Counted from the first letter of the stretch, positions 20,430 to 30,375 are shown. The stretch: 64,000 bases of DNA from Dehalococcoidia bacterium (GCA_050011565.1 JBEKIW010000006.1:27848-91847), one strand, 5' to 3'. Made by a program: numbers and translations. Notes: generated from the sequence alone by a model not told the origin.

Positions 20430-21167
20430 CTAGCTATATAAATGGAATCCTCTACCCGTCTTCTTACCCAACCAGCCGGCATCGACCATTCTCCTCAACA
20501 AGAAACAAGGCTGATATTTAGGCCCAAGTTGCTGCGCCATTGAGTCCAAGATCTCGACTACCCTGTCCACGCCCATGTTGTCGGCAAATTCGAACGGCCC
20601 CATAGGCCAGTTCACACAGACTTTCATCATGTTATCGATGTCCTCTTTGGTTGCCAGCTTCGACGAATACATTACAGCCGCCTCGTTGACTATCGAAGCA
20701 ATCACCCTATCCAGAATGAACCCCGGCGTCTCCTCTAGTGGCACCGCAGTAATCCCCACAGTTTCTAGCAACTCCATCACCGCCCGGACAGTCTCATCGG
20801 AAGTCTGCAGCCCCTTGACTACCTGAACCAGGTATTTATCCTCGAACGGATTTTTGGTGAAGTTTATACCGACAACTTTATCCTGCCTTTTGGTCCCCCC
20901 GGCTAACTGCGTCACCCACGGATTCGATGTTGTCGTGGCCAGTATCGTCTCTTTACGGCATTTGGCCTCACAGCTCTTGAATATTTTCTTCTTGGCAGCC
21001 AAATCTTCAGGAGCTACCTCAAGGACTAAATCAGACTCGCCCACCTGCTTGGCATAGTCCTCCTTCAAGTTAGCTATAAAGACCTTTAAGTTCGCTTTAC
21101 TTAGAAGCTCTTTGAGCTTGTCCGCCAGTTCCCCCTCTCCGATAACGCTGACCGTACTTATTTTCAT
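20430..21167 (-). CDS. 3-hydroxyacyl-CoA dehydrogenase homolog with degenerate active site
   Basis: C-terminal domain intact (PGFILDR, PMGPFE, GKKTGRGF). The NAD motif reads GEGELA and the His/Glu dyad reads GINF...LVQ. Confidence 0.8.
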   Translation of the reverse strand: MKISTVSVIGEGELADKLKELLSKANLKVFIANLKEDYAKQVGESDLVLEVAPEDLAAKKKIFKSCEAKCRKETILATTTSNPWVTQLAGGTKRQDKVVGINFTKNPFEDKYLVQVVKGLQTSDETVRAVMELLETVGITAVPLEETPGFILDRVIASIVNEAAVMYSSKLATKEDIDNMMKVCVNWPMGPFEFADNMGVDRVVEILDSMAQQLGPKYQPCFLLRRMVDAGWLGKKTGRGFHLYS

Positions 21168-21194
21168 ATTTGTCCTCCTTAAAACTAAAAATTA

Positions 21195-21223
21195 AGCATA
21201 AAAAAGCGCAAGTCTATTGTCAA
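21195..21223 (-). promoter_or_regulatory. sigma70-type promoter for the dehydrogenase pair (and possibly hypBA)
   Basis: Minus strand TTGACA-17 nt-TATGCT, then AAGGAGGA SD. Confidence 0.6.
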
Positions 21224-21278
21224 CCTGGGTCCGGCTTCTACCACATGCCCACTTAGACGGCTAAGCCGGCGGAGAAAT

Positions 21279-22169
21279 TCAGCTTTCGATAAACTCCCGG
21301 ATATAGGAATTAACCAGCGCCGGCTTCTCGTGAATGACCCAATGCGAGCCATCGGGAATGCGCTTGATGGTCAGGTGGGGTACGTACTTTTCGAGACCTT
21401 CCAGATTTCCGGTGAGCAGCCACTTATCTTGCTCGCCCCATATCACGAGCGTCGGCACCTTGACCGTAAACAATGAAGCGTTTGCCGACAATATATCGTC
21501 GCTTTCACCCGTAAACAGGCCGAGACGGGCGGCTCTATAATAATTAAGACCGCCGGTGAGCGAGCCCGGCTGCGACCAGGCTTCTATATACGCTTTCCTG
21601 TCTTCTTCCGTGAAGTAGCCCTGCTTTAGGCCTTCCTCCAGTAGATTGCTAGCCGGTAAAGCGTAGTTGTTTCGAGACAGTATCTCCTCAGCTTCAGGAG
21701 TTCGATACACGAGAATATACTGGCTGGCTTTCCGCTGCTCCGGGTTATCACGGAGTTCGCGAGTAAAGGTAACCGGATGTGTGCCGTTTATTATAATGAG
21801 CTTTTCCAGATAATCTGGATGGCGTATGGCAAACGGCCACGCCACTCCCGCGCCCCAATCATGAGCCACCAGGAAAAACTTCTTATAACCCAGGTACTCA
21901 GCAAGAGCACGTATATCCTCAATCAGATACTTCATTCGATACTGCTCGACATCGGCAGGCTTCGATGAGAGATTGTAGCCCCGCATATCCGGAGCCACGG
22001 CCTGGTAATCTCGCCCGAACTCGGCAAGCTGGTTCTTCCACTCATACCAGAACTCAGGAAAACCGTGGAGGAACATTATCAATCTCCCCTTGCCCACAGT
22101 CACATAGTGAATACTTATGTTGTTCACATCAGCATATTTATGTTGGAACATGTTTTTTCGCCGCGCCAT
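21279..22169 (-). CDS. epoxide hydrolase-like alpha/beta hydrolase
   Basis: HGFPEFW, AHDWGA (Asp nucleophile), SQYI and LNYYRA lid tyrosines, GSHW. Start placed behind a GAGGAG SD. Confidence 0.85.
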   Translation of the reverse strand: MARRKNMFQHKYADVNNISIHYVTVGKGRLIMFLHGFPEFWYEWKNQLAEFGRDYQAVAPDMRGYNLSSKPADVEQYRMKYLIEDIRALAEYLGYKKFFLVAHDWGAGVAWPFAIRHPDYLEKLIIINGTHPVTFTRELRDNPEQRKASQYILVYRTPEAEEILSRNNYALPASNLLEEGLKQGYFTEEDRKAYIEAWSQPGSLTGGLNYYRAARLGLFTGESDDILSANASLFTVKVPTLVIWGEQDKWLLTGNLEGLEKYVPHLTIKRIPDGSHWVIHEKPALVNSYIREFIES

Positions 22170-22300
22170 GGGGTTTCTCCTCAATCCAGCAGTATACTCA
22201 AACCGATATCATTATGTCTAACTTTAAAATGTGTGGACAGAACTGAATTCCTGTTGTTGCTTTTAGCTTTTTGATAAGATCAATTTACGGCATGGATAAG

Positions 22301-22519
22301 ATGGCTAAGACGCAACAGCAGTTGGAAACCGAAGGCTGGAAGATAGCCTCGGTCACCGGAGGCACGCATCTCAAGAGAATTTTGGGGATGTACCGCGAAC
22401 TCGGGATTGAGGTTTATCTTGAGAAAGTAAAGCCTGAAGAATGTGAAGGTTGCACCCAATGCTTTACGGAAAACAACGAGGCTATTTACAGAATCTACAC
22501 CAGACCGTATTCTACATGA
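22301..22519 (+). CDS. small hypothetical protein with a CxxCxxC motif
   Basis: ORF with protein-like composition (LETEGWK...YRELGIEVYLE...ECEGCTQC...IYTR). Start uncertain (22271, 22292 or 22301). Confidence 0.6.
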   Translation: MAKTQQQLETEGWKIASVTGGTHLKRILGMYRELGIEVYLEKVKPEECEGCTQCFTENNEAIYRIYTRPYST

Positions 22520-22583
22520 CTAAAACCGATAGGCTAGATCAGGTACTTCCCGTTTTACCTTACCGGTACCGGACAATCTGATA

Positions 22584-22961
22584 TCATTTCCCCGCCTTCT
22601 TAAGAAACTCCTCAACCTTAGCCACCAGATCCCTCGGCTTAATAGGCTTGGAGATATACTCAGAAACATCAAAAGCAAACGGCTGGCCAAGCGACTCTGA
22701 AAAGCTGGTCAGTGCTAAAACAGGTACCTTGGCAAGCGACGGGTCTTTACGAAATTGGTCGGCAAACGTAAAACCATCGGCTACCGGCATCAATATGTCC
22801 AAAACGACTAAATCGGGCTTCTCTTTCTTTGCTTTTTCCAAGCCTTCCAGCCCGTTATAGGCTACAATCACCTCAAAAGCTTTGCTTTCCAAAGCTCCCC
22901 TCATCACTGTTACCAGGTCGACATCGTCGTCGACAAGCAAAATTTTTGGCCTCTGTTTCAT
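22584..22961 (-). CDS. single-domain response regulator (receiver only)
   Basis: ILLVDDD, DLVVLDILMP, LTS, YISKP; AAGGAGGT SD before MKQRP. Confidence 0.92.
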   Translation of the reverse strand: MKQRPKILLVDDDVDLVTVMRGALESKAFEVIVAYNGLEGLEKAKKEKPDLVVLDILMPVADGFTFADQFRKDPSLAKVPVLALTSFSESLGQPFAFDVSEYISKPIKPRDLVAKVEEFLKKAGK

Positions 22962-23013
22962 GTTAGTTACCTCCTTAATTATTTCCGTGAGACCCAACTA
23001 GCTATTGTATTGA

Positions 23014-24450
23014 CTACTTTTCAGCTACGAGCGCTCTATTTTTCGGCAAAGTAAAAGTAAATTTGCTTCCCTTACCCGTTTCAGCATCAGGACTCTCAGC
23101 CCAAATGCTACCTCCATGAGCTTCTACTATCCTCTTGGATATAGATAATCCTAAGCCCGTTCCCTTGGCTCCCACATTGCTACCCCGGAAGAAGTCATCA
23201 AAGAGTCGAGGCAGGTCATCAGGTGGTACACCAATTCCGGAATCTATTACTTCAATTCGGACTTCATTGTCACCATCTGCAGCTCTGACGAGTACGGTAC
23301 CTTCGCGAGTATAATTGATAGCATTGCTTGTCAGATTAGTTACCACCTGCTGTAGCCTCCGGTTGGAAGCGTAGACACTAGGAGAACTTTCGGGTAATTC
23401 AACTCTCAGCGTTAATCCCTTCTGTCTGGCTAAGTTATCCAGGCCATCCGTCGCCTGCTTTACCACATCGTTTAATGAGATCTCTCTCATCTCGCGATTA
23501 AGCTGCCCGGCTTCAATTCGAGGTATGTCCAGCAGGTCGGTAATCAATGTCAGCAGCCCATCGATTCTTCTGATGCCTCTTTGCATCAGGTCTTTTTGCC
23601 CATCGGTTATCTCACCAGTATACCCATCCACAATATAGGATAGCAAACTCTGAGTTGCCACAAGAGGAGACTGAAGGTCATGTGCGACAACGCTGAGGAA
23701 GCGGACAAAGCGACGCCGCTCTTCTACTAATTTGACCACTTCACCAGAAATCTGCTCCAACTCTACCTTCCTTTGTTCAAGAAGCTGGTCTTTCAATACC
23801 ACGACTTCTCGCTGCCGCCGTCTCAACTCACCGACAATAGCCGTGGCTACGTAAACTGTGGCATAGGCTAAGGTGACTAAAGCAACCAGAGCAGAGATAA
23901 CAACGCCCAGATCTTTGTATCGATCCGGAGGTACGAATCCCTCTAGATTTACATGCGGTATTGTCCCCCGATATTCCATGAGAACGAGAGCTGTAACCAT
24001 TACCATGGCAAAGGTGGTCAGTATATATACTCTACGTTTGGAAAGGAATATAGCTGCCGCATTGGTATGAATTATATACAGAAACAGAAACGGGTTTTCT
24101 ACTCCCCCGGTAAAGTGTATAATTGCCGTGAGCATTACCAAATCAAGAACGACCTGTATGTAGCCATAGGCCTCAGCTTTTCTGACTACCGAGTCAGGTT
24201 CTTGTTTCTCCAGACCTCTTGCCAAAAGAAAAAGCCAAAAATTATAGCCGGCGATAATTGCGCAAATAATATAAACAGGCAGGGTGGGAAAACCAACGTG
24301 AAATATCAGGGATGCTACGAGGGTGGCAATAACGATTGCCGGAATGGCAAGCCATCTCAGATTGATATAAACCCTGAGCCGCAGTACCAGTGCGCGCTGT
24401 TCAGGGGAATAATCCGTCGTTTTGCCTGCTTCAGAGGATGTACTATTCAT
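23014..24450 (-). CDS. membrane-bound sensor histidine kinase
   Basis: About 6 TM helices with LRWLA and TGGVENPF; H-box VAHDLQSPL, N-box NLTSNAINYT, DSGIG, GTGLGL. Confidence 0.93.
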   Translation of the reverse strand: MNSTSSEAGKTTDYSPEQRALVLRLRVYINLRWLAIPAIVIATLVASLIFHVGFPTLPVYIICAIIAGYNFWLFLLARGLEKQEPDSVVRKAEAYGYIQVVLDLVMLTAIIHFTGGVENPFLFLYIIHTNAAAIFLSKRRVYILTTFAMVMVTALVLMEYRGTIPHVNLEGFVPPDRYKDLGVVISALVALVTLAYATVYVATAIVGELRRRQREVVVLKDQLLEQRKVELEQISGEVVKLVEERRRFVRFLSVVAHDLQSPLVATQSLLSYIVDGYTGEITDGQKDLMQRGIRRIDGLLTLITDLLDIPRIEAGQLNREMREISLNDVVKQATDGLDNLARQKGLTLRVELPESSPSVYASNRRLQQVVTNLTSNAINYTREGTVLVRAADGDNEVRIEVIDSGIGVPPDDLPRLFDDFFRGSNVGAKGTGLGLSISKRIVEAHGGSIWAESPDAETGKGSKFTFTLPKNRALVAEK

Positions 24451-24659
24451 CTTGAGGATTCTTCAGATAGACTTAGTACATAATGACCTCATTTTACACC
24501 GTACGTCAGATATTCTAGTGCAAAACTCGGACAATCCTCGCCGCGCCCAAACTTTATTTCAAATGGGTTTAAAGCCAGCGATTAAGTTACCCAAACTGTC
24601 GCCCACTGCGAACCAAATGATAACTCTGAACGAGGTCCAGTGCAACCCCTAAAACAGTA

Positions 24660-26123
24660 TTAAGGTCTCTGCACCGTCCGTATCAGGCTGCCATTCCTGT
24701 CCCTTATATTCACTTCAAGGGGCATGTTGCCCGGCAAGGCATGAGTGGCGCAGCCCAAACACGGGTCATAAGCTCTGAACGCCATCTCTACCATATTAAG
24801 TAAACCTTCCTTCACCTCGGGCCCCTTAACAAATTCCATGGCTGCTTTTTTAACGGATAAACATATCGGGGCCGCATTATGCTGGGTGGCTACTATGAGA
24901 TTCACTTTTGTAGTTTTGCCTTCAGCATCTGCCTCATAATGGTGAATCAAGGTTCCGCGTGCTGCCTCCACGCAGCCAATCCCGACCTTGCCCAATTTGA
25001 GATTCATATTCCGTATATCTTTACTGGTCAGCAAGGGGTCATTAACTATCCTCTGCATGTGTTCTGCGGCTTGAAGAGCCTCAATCAATCTTGCCCAATG
25101 ATAAGCCAGGGTGTGATGACTGGGCTTACCCCCGAGTATATCAAACATCGCCTCATATTCTTTCTGCGCCAGAGGCGTATACATGCTCTCAGCTACATTC
25201 AATCTCGCTAACGGCCCAACTCGGTAAAGCGAAGTTCCCTTATCATCGTTCAGCCCATTCCACCCCACTTTCCTCAGGTGAGTCATTCTTATATATGTCC
25301 AGGGTTCAATCCACTCACCTATGTGGTTTATGTAATCATGATAGTCGAACAAAGCAAATTCCTCGCCCTTTGGATTGACAACCCGCAATTTACCTTCGTA
25401 AAAGTTTACCCGCTTATTTTCATCAACCAGCCCCATATAATATGTGTTCAATTTATAGGCATCATTCAGTACCAGATTTAGATACTCCTTATTGTCCAGG
25501 ACAACCTGTTTGAACAATTCCAGCGCAAACTGAGTAAATTCAACAGAGAAGTCAGCAGTGTCCCTCATCCATTTTCGGTCCTCCTCTGTAATACCCCTGG
25601 ACACCCCTCCGGGTAACCCACCTTCAGGATGAGGAGGCTTGCTGGCGATATATCTGATTATCTCCCGGCACCTTTTCCTTACTTCAATAACTTTGCCGCC
25701 GATTTCTAACCCCACTTTGTTCACTACGCCGAGGATATTCCGTTCTGCAGGGGCGGCATTTGGCCCCAGCACAAAGTCCGGTCCGGCGAGAATAAAGAAA
25801 TGCAGTAAATGGTCTTCCACCATAAATGCATTATAGTGGAGCCCTCTTATCAGCTTTGCCGTAGGCGTTGGCTCCACCCCATAGAGGTCGTCTAATGCCT
25901 TGACTGACGCCATATTGTGAGGCGTGGGACAAACACCGCAAATATTAGGCATAATTCGCGGCAGTTCCTCCACAGGTCTACCCAGGCAAAACCTTTCAAA
26001 ACCTCTTAGCTCAACTACCTGCCAGTAGGCGTCGTCTACATTACCCTTATCGTCCAGGAAGATCTCAATTTTTCCATGTCCTTCAAGTCTGGTTATCGGG
26101 TTTATGGTTATCTTTTCGGTCAC
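24660..26123 (-). CDS. mvhA: [NiFe]-hydrogenase large subunit, Mvh/Vhu type (group 3c-like)
   Basis: TRLEGHG, RGFE, L1 NICGVCPTPH, L2 RAYDPCLGCATH plus cleavable C-terminal extension; neighbours mvhD/mvhG. Confidence 0.88.
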   Translation of the reverse strand: MTEKITINPITRLEGHGKIEIFLDDKGNVDDAYWQVVELRGFERFCLGRPVEELPRIMPNICGVCPTPHNMASVKALDDLYGVEPTPTAKLIRGLHYNAFMVEDHLLHFFILAGPDFVLGPNAAPAERNILGVVNKVGLEIGGKVIEVRKRCREIIRYIASKPPHPEGGLPGGVSRGITEEDRKWMRDTADFSVEFTQFALELFKQVVLDNKEYLNLVLNDAYKLNTYYMGLVDENKRVNFYEGKLRVVNPKGEEFALFDYHDYINHIGEWIEPWTYIRMTHLRKVGWNGLNDDKGTSLYRVGPLARLNVAESMYTPLAQKEYEAMFDILGGKPSHHTLAYHWARLIEALQAAEHMQRIVNDPLLTSKDIRNMNLKLGKVGIGCVEAARGTLIHHYEADAEGKTTKVNLIVATQHNAAPICLSVKKAAMEFVKGPEVKEGLLNMVEMAFRAYDPCLGCATHALPGNMPLEVNIRDRNGSLIRTVQRP

Positions 26124-26149
26124 ATTTCACCTCTTTCCTGTCTAATTCC

Positions 26150-27112
26150 TTAACCTCTTTTTTTCTTCAATCTTGAAGTTGGCACCGAGAATCTATACAG
26201 GTATCCTGCAAGGTCGGTAATCTGGTCCGCAATTCGGGTAATGTCTGCATCACTCTGTGCATCCATAATTGATGCTAAAGCAGAAACAAACTTAGCTCCC
26301 GAATCGGCTACTCCTTCCACTGGACCAAAGCATCCCCGGCATGGGACGTTGATATTTATGCAGGATTCTCCACAGCCATCCCTGGTGGCAGGGCCCAGGC
26401 AAATTATTCCTTGAGCTAGAAAACAGGTATCAGGGACAGCCTCCACCTCGTGAATCCTCTTAATTTCCCTTATCGCTAACCTTTCCGGCTTTGATTTATT
26501 TCGCTTGCAGCTATCACATAAAGCCCTCTGAGGCGCCAGGGTTGAGCCTTTAGGCGGAAGCTTATTTTCGAGGACTGCACTCAAGGCATACATCACCGAG
26601 TAAGGTGGAGGCGGGCATCCAGGTAAATAATAGTCGACATTGATTATGTCATTCAGTGCATAGACACGGTCATAGAATTCTGGGAGAGTGAGCTCTTTTC
26701 CGTTGACACGACTTTTTGTCTGTGGATATACCTTATCCGGATTGACCACTGTTGGAGCATCACGATAGACCCAGTTGAATATATCTTCTTTCGTGGTGAG
26801 GTTGGCTAATCCGGGTGTTCCTCCAAGGCAAGCGCAGGCACCAAAGGCGAGAATAATCTGAGATTTTTCCCTTAATAGCTTGGCTACCTCCTCCTGCTCA
26901 GAGTTTCTGACATTTCCGTTTATTATACTCAATGCGATATCGCCATCCTTTAGGGCTTTGATGCTGTCGTACTTAAAGTCCAGTGCCACCGGCCACAGAA
27001 CTAAATCAACCGCTCCAGCTACGCTGAGAATTACTTCGTTTATATCAACAACTGCCTCGTCACAGCCGCCACAACCCCCCAACCAGCAAATTGCAACTTT
27101 TGGCTTAGCCAT
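26150..27112 (-). CDS. mvhG: [NiFe]-hydrogenase small subunit, MvhG-like
   Basis: GCGGCD, FGACA, YLPGCPP, C-terminal CDSC...CFL..G..CLGPAT..GC...C....PCRGCFG. Confidence 0.88.
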   Translation of the reverse strand: MAKPKVAICWLGGCGGCDEAVVDINEVILSVAGAVDLVLWPVALDFKYDSIKALKDGDIALSIINGNVRNSEQEEVAKLLREKSQIILAFGACACLGGTPGLANLTTKEDIFNWVYRDAPTVVNPDKVYPQTKSRVNGKELTLPEFYDRVYALNDIINVDYYLPGCPPPPYSVMYALSAVLENKLPPKGSTLAPQRALCDSCKRNKSKPERLAIREIKRIHEVEAVPDTCFLAQGIICLGPATRDGCGESCININVPCRGCFGPVEGVADSGAKFVSALASIMDAQSDADITRIADQITDLAGYLYRFSVPTSRLKKKRG

Positions 27113-27113
27113 C

Positions 27114-27563
27114 CTATTTCCTCCCCCCAGCTTTAACCGCTTCTTTTTTGGATGTTTTCCGCACTTCTGTGCTCCTCTTCGGCGGTCCCAACTTTGCCAG
27201 GTCCTCCATCATCTCCTTAGCTAATTGCTGAATTCTGATACCTTCCGGGTCAACGGATAGCTCTATCCTGATCCTTTCCTTCTCTATACCAATTGACTCC
27301 AGCAGCCTGCGAAGGAGATATACCCTCTTTTTCGCCTCGAAGTTACCGTCTTGATAGTGGCAGTCACCTTCCGGACAGCCGAGTATCAAGATTCCATCCG
27401 CCCCTCTTTCAAATGCATCAATCATGTGCGTGGCATCAATTTTTCCTGTGCAAATAATAGGTATCCAATTATCTATCTGGTTGGAAAGGCTAGTTTCGTC
27501 TGTCAGATAACCCCAACCAAATTTGCAAGAGAAACACACTAATTTGGGTTTATATTGGCTCAA
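27114..27563 (-). CDS. mvhD: MvhD/FlpD-like [2Fe-2S] subunit
   Basis: KLVCFSC, ICTGKID, AFERGADGILILGCPEGDCHY..GN, GIEKERI. TTG start chosen from AAGGAGG SD spacing (track start is 27593). Confidence 0.88.
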   Translation of the reverse strand: MSQYKPKLVCFSCKFGWGYLTDETSLSNQIDNWIPIICTGKIDATHMIDAFERGADGILILGCPEGDCHYQDGNFEAKKRVYLLRRLLESIGIEKERIRIELSVDPEGIRIQQLAKEMMEDLAKLGPPKRSTEVRKTSKKEAVKAGGRK

Positions 27564-27598
27564 TGTCATCCTCCTTGATAATACTTTACTCAAAGCAT

Positions 27599-29392
27599 CT
27601 ATGATAAGGCCGCATACACGCTGGCTATCCTCTCAGCCGTATCGTCATCAACCATTTTTCTGGCCTGAGATGGACAAGCGACAACACACATACCACATGA
27701 CTTGCACTTAAACATATCCGTTTCAGAAACGATTTTATCACCGCGATTAACTAATCGAGATGCGTAATAGTTACAGGTATAGACACAATGGCCGCAGCCG
27801 CTACATTTGGCGATATCCACCTCAACCGGACTTAGAGATTTCTGAAATCCAATCGATACGCATGCTTTACAGGACAAACAGGGGCCGCAAGTAACACATC
27901 TTTTCGCTTCCTCTATTGCCTCTTTTAATGTCAAGCCCTTTTCAAAAAGTTGGAAATGCATTCTGTTTTCAGGTGGTATCCACAGTACCTCAGGTTCAGG
28001 CTTGTAGTCTCTCCTAACCGGTATCGTGTATCCCTCGTAGTCCCTTCTGCGGCCCTCCTTCATATCCACGCCCCTTAAACACCTGTCAATCGATTCGGCA
28101 GCCACAAGCCCTTCGGCCATAGCTTCTATCATAAAGCCTACCCTCCTCACATCACCGCCAATGAATAGCCAGGGCTTACTTGCACTTTGCAGTGTTAAAT
28201 GGTCCACATCAAGCCTGCCCCGTTCATTCAAAAGATTTTCCTTCTGGAGTAACGGCCTGTCCGGAGCCTGTCCCACAGTGATTATAAGCACGTCCCCTGC
28301 CAAATCAATGCAATCAGTACACTCGAACTTCGGATTGAAACCCTGTTCATCAAACACACTAACACATGTTGGGCATTCGATTCCCTTGAACTTCCCATTC
28401 TGCCCCATAATCTTTCTCACCCCGCGGCTATAGACTATTCTTACACCCTCTTCCCAGGCTCCCCGGATTTCCTCTTCATCAGCAGGCACACCGTCTCTAT
28501 GGTCCTTGTCCTCTCGTTCAAGCGCTACGACGGTCACATCCCCACCCTGCCTCCTGGCTGATCTGGCCACGTCAAAAGCCACGTTTCCACCTCCGGTGAC
28601 TATGACTTTTTTACCCTTGAAATAATTTGAGGCGATATTGTTGTGGCTGACTTCGTAAAGATAAGTGTGGCCATACATCACACCCGACAGGTCCTGCCCC
28701 TCCACAAATTGTCCTTCAAAGGTTAATACTCTAGGATATGGCAATCCAGTTGCCAGAAAAACTGCCTTATAGCCCTCATTCTTCAATCTTTCCAGCGTCA
28801 GTCTCCCTTCCCCAAGACGGCTTTTATACCTGACATCTATGCCGGCAATCCTAATCAGGTTCTCGACTGTAGTCTGGAGAATATCCTTCGGCAGGCGGTA
28901 GTCTGGTACCAGCCATAAGGCGCCGCCAAGCCGGTCAGAGGCTTCAACTATCGTTACCCGGTATCCTCTCTTGCTTAAATCGTAGGCACACATTAGCCCG
29001 CCCGGCCCGCCGCCTACGACAGCCACATTTTCCTTGTTTTTGGGTATCTCTAATTCCTCTTGCTCCTTTAAATGTTCAGTATATACATCCGAAAGGAATC
29101 TTTTTAGCAGTCTCCTCTTGATTGCGCCACCCTTCTTGCCATAATTACACTCCAGTTCGCAAATACCGCAAATGTAACCACAAATGTTGAAGAAAGGGTT
29201 CTTTCCATAGAGATATTCACTAATCTGGATGACACCATTTTTCGCCAAATCCGGGTCTTCCGGGAGAAGAGAAATCAGCACATTTGTCCGCTGAATATCC
29301 TCATTTATCGGGCATTTGATTTGGCACGGCGGCAGACACTGTCTTACCGCTGTCTCCACATGCGTCACCCCGGTAGCTTCAGTTTTCCACAT
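27599..29392 (-). CDS. GltD/NfnB-like FAD/FeS oxidoreductase with a C-terminal HdrA-like 2x[4Fe-4S] domain
   Basis: PPCQIKCP...CGYICGICELEC, GGGPGG, IP-type PDYRLP, GGGNVAFD, GGD, AKRCVTCGPCLSCKAC, then CSGCGHCVYTC and CKSCGMCVVACP. Start ATG 29392 behind AAGGAGGT. Confidence 0.85.
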   Translation of the reverse strand: MWKTEATGVTHVETAVRQCLPPCQIKCPINEDIQRTNVLISLLPEDPDLAKNGVIQISEYLYGKNPFFNICGYICGICELECNYGKKGGAIKRRLLKRFLSDVYTEHLKEQEELEIPKNKENVAVVGGGPGGLMCAYDLSKRGYRVTIVEASDRLGGALWLVPDYRLPKDILQTTVENLIRIAGIDVRYKSRLGEGRLTLERLKNEGYKAVFLATGLPYPRVLTFEGQFVEGQDLSGVMYGHTYLYEVSHNNIASNYFKGKKVIVTGGGNVAFDVARSARRQGGDVTVVALEREDKDHRDGVPADEEEIRGAWEEGVRIVYSRGVRKIMGQNGKFKGIECPTCVSVFDEQGFNPKFECTDCIDLAGDVLIITVGQAPDRPLLQKENLLNERGRLDVDHLTLQSASKPWLFIGGDVRRVGFMIEAMAEGLVAAESIDRCLRGVDMKEGRRRDYEGYTIPVRRDYKPEPEVLWIPPENRMHFQLFEKGLTLKEAIEEAKRCVTCGPCLSCKACVSIGFQKSLSPVEVDIAKCSGCGHCVYTCNYYASRLVNRGDKIVSETDMFKCKSCGMCVVACPSQARKMVDDDTAERIASVYAALS

Positions 29393-29853
29393 GTAAAACC
29401 TCCTTAGAAAGTTCGGAACTCTTAAAAAACAATGCATTAAAGAATAGTAGGAAGGTACTTCGGCTAGCATTCCAGGTCATAGCTGCAATGTCACCTTTGT
29501 TTTGAATTGTGGTCTCTTCACGAAAAAACCAAGCAATTATACCTATAATTGACTAAAGAAACAAGTAATTGCAATCGCGCAGCTAGGCCTTTTTTGTAAA
29601 TAAGCTGTATATCAATATAGAACTGATGCAATCAACGAGTGTAATCCTTTTGATGCTCATATTGCTATATGCTATAATTCAGCGGTTTTGTCTATGGCCA
29701 CGCAAATTTTTCTCCACCAATCAAGCGATTATCATTTCACAACATGGCAAAGTCCGTATCAGAACCAGGCCAAAGTCCGATGCCGGCCAAACAGGCAAAC
29801 TGTTAAAATATCGTACTAGATACTCCGAAATAGTTACAATTTAGGAGGTGTCC

Positions 29854-30366
29854 TTGAAGCAAGCAAAGAAACCTACGACAACCAAGTCAAAAACCGGCAA
29901 ACAGCTCACCAGCAAAACACTCCAGCAAATCAGAAAGATAGTCGAAGCCACTGATGGCAGGGCTGGGGCTCCAATTCGAGTGCTGCAGCAAGTGCAGGGG
30001 CTGGTCGGCTATCTACCACCCGAAGTTTTAAGAACTGTCTCCAAGGAGATGGGGATCCCACTGAGTGAAATATACGGCATAACCAGCTTCTATTCCTTTT
30101 TCTCGATGGTACCGAAAGGTAAATATGTCCTTCAAGTCTGTCTCGGCACCAGTTGCTACGTAAAAGGGGCCGAAAGGATTCTAAAGACGATGAAGAAGGA
30201 CTACAGCCTTGAGTCGGGTGGAATTACTTCCGACGGAAAATTCTCGCTGGAGACAGTAAGATGCCTGGGCTGTTGCGGTCTATCTCCGGTTATGGCAATA
30301 AAAGAAAATGTCTATCGAAAGGTAAAACCAAGCCAGATAAAAGACATCCTGACTTCATATAAATAG
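29854..30366 (+). CDS. NuoE/HydC/HoxE-like [2Fe-2S] subunit
   Basis: GYLPPE, VCLGTSCYVKG, RCLGCCGLSP. TTG start 5 nt after AGGAGG. Confidence 0.9.
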   Translation: MKQAKKPTTTKSKTGKQLTSKTLQQIRKIVEATDGRAGAPIRVLQQVQGLVGYLPPEVLRTVSKEMGIPLSEIYGITSFYSFFSMVPKGKYVLQVCLGTSCYVKGAERILKTMKKDYSLESGGITSDGKFSLETVRCLGCCGLSPVMAIKENVYRKVKPSQIKDILTSYK

Positions 30367-30375
30367 GAGAATGAG

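Noticed and set aside
27599-29392. Glutamate synthase small subunit or true HdrA
   Set aside because: No gltB nearby, extra ferredoxin tail, and no HdrA core motifs or hdrBC.
29507-29524. Rex operator in the hydrogenase spacer (TTGTGGTCTCTTCACGAA)
   Set aside because: Half-site spacing is off by one and there are several mismatches to TTGTGAA-N4-TTCACAA.
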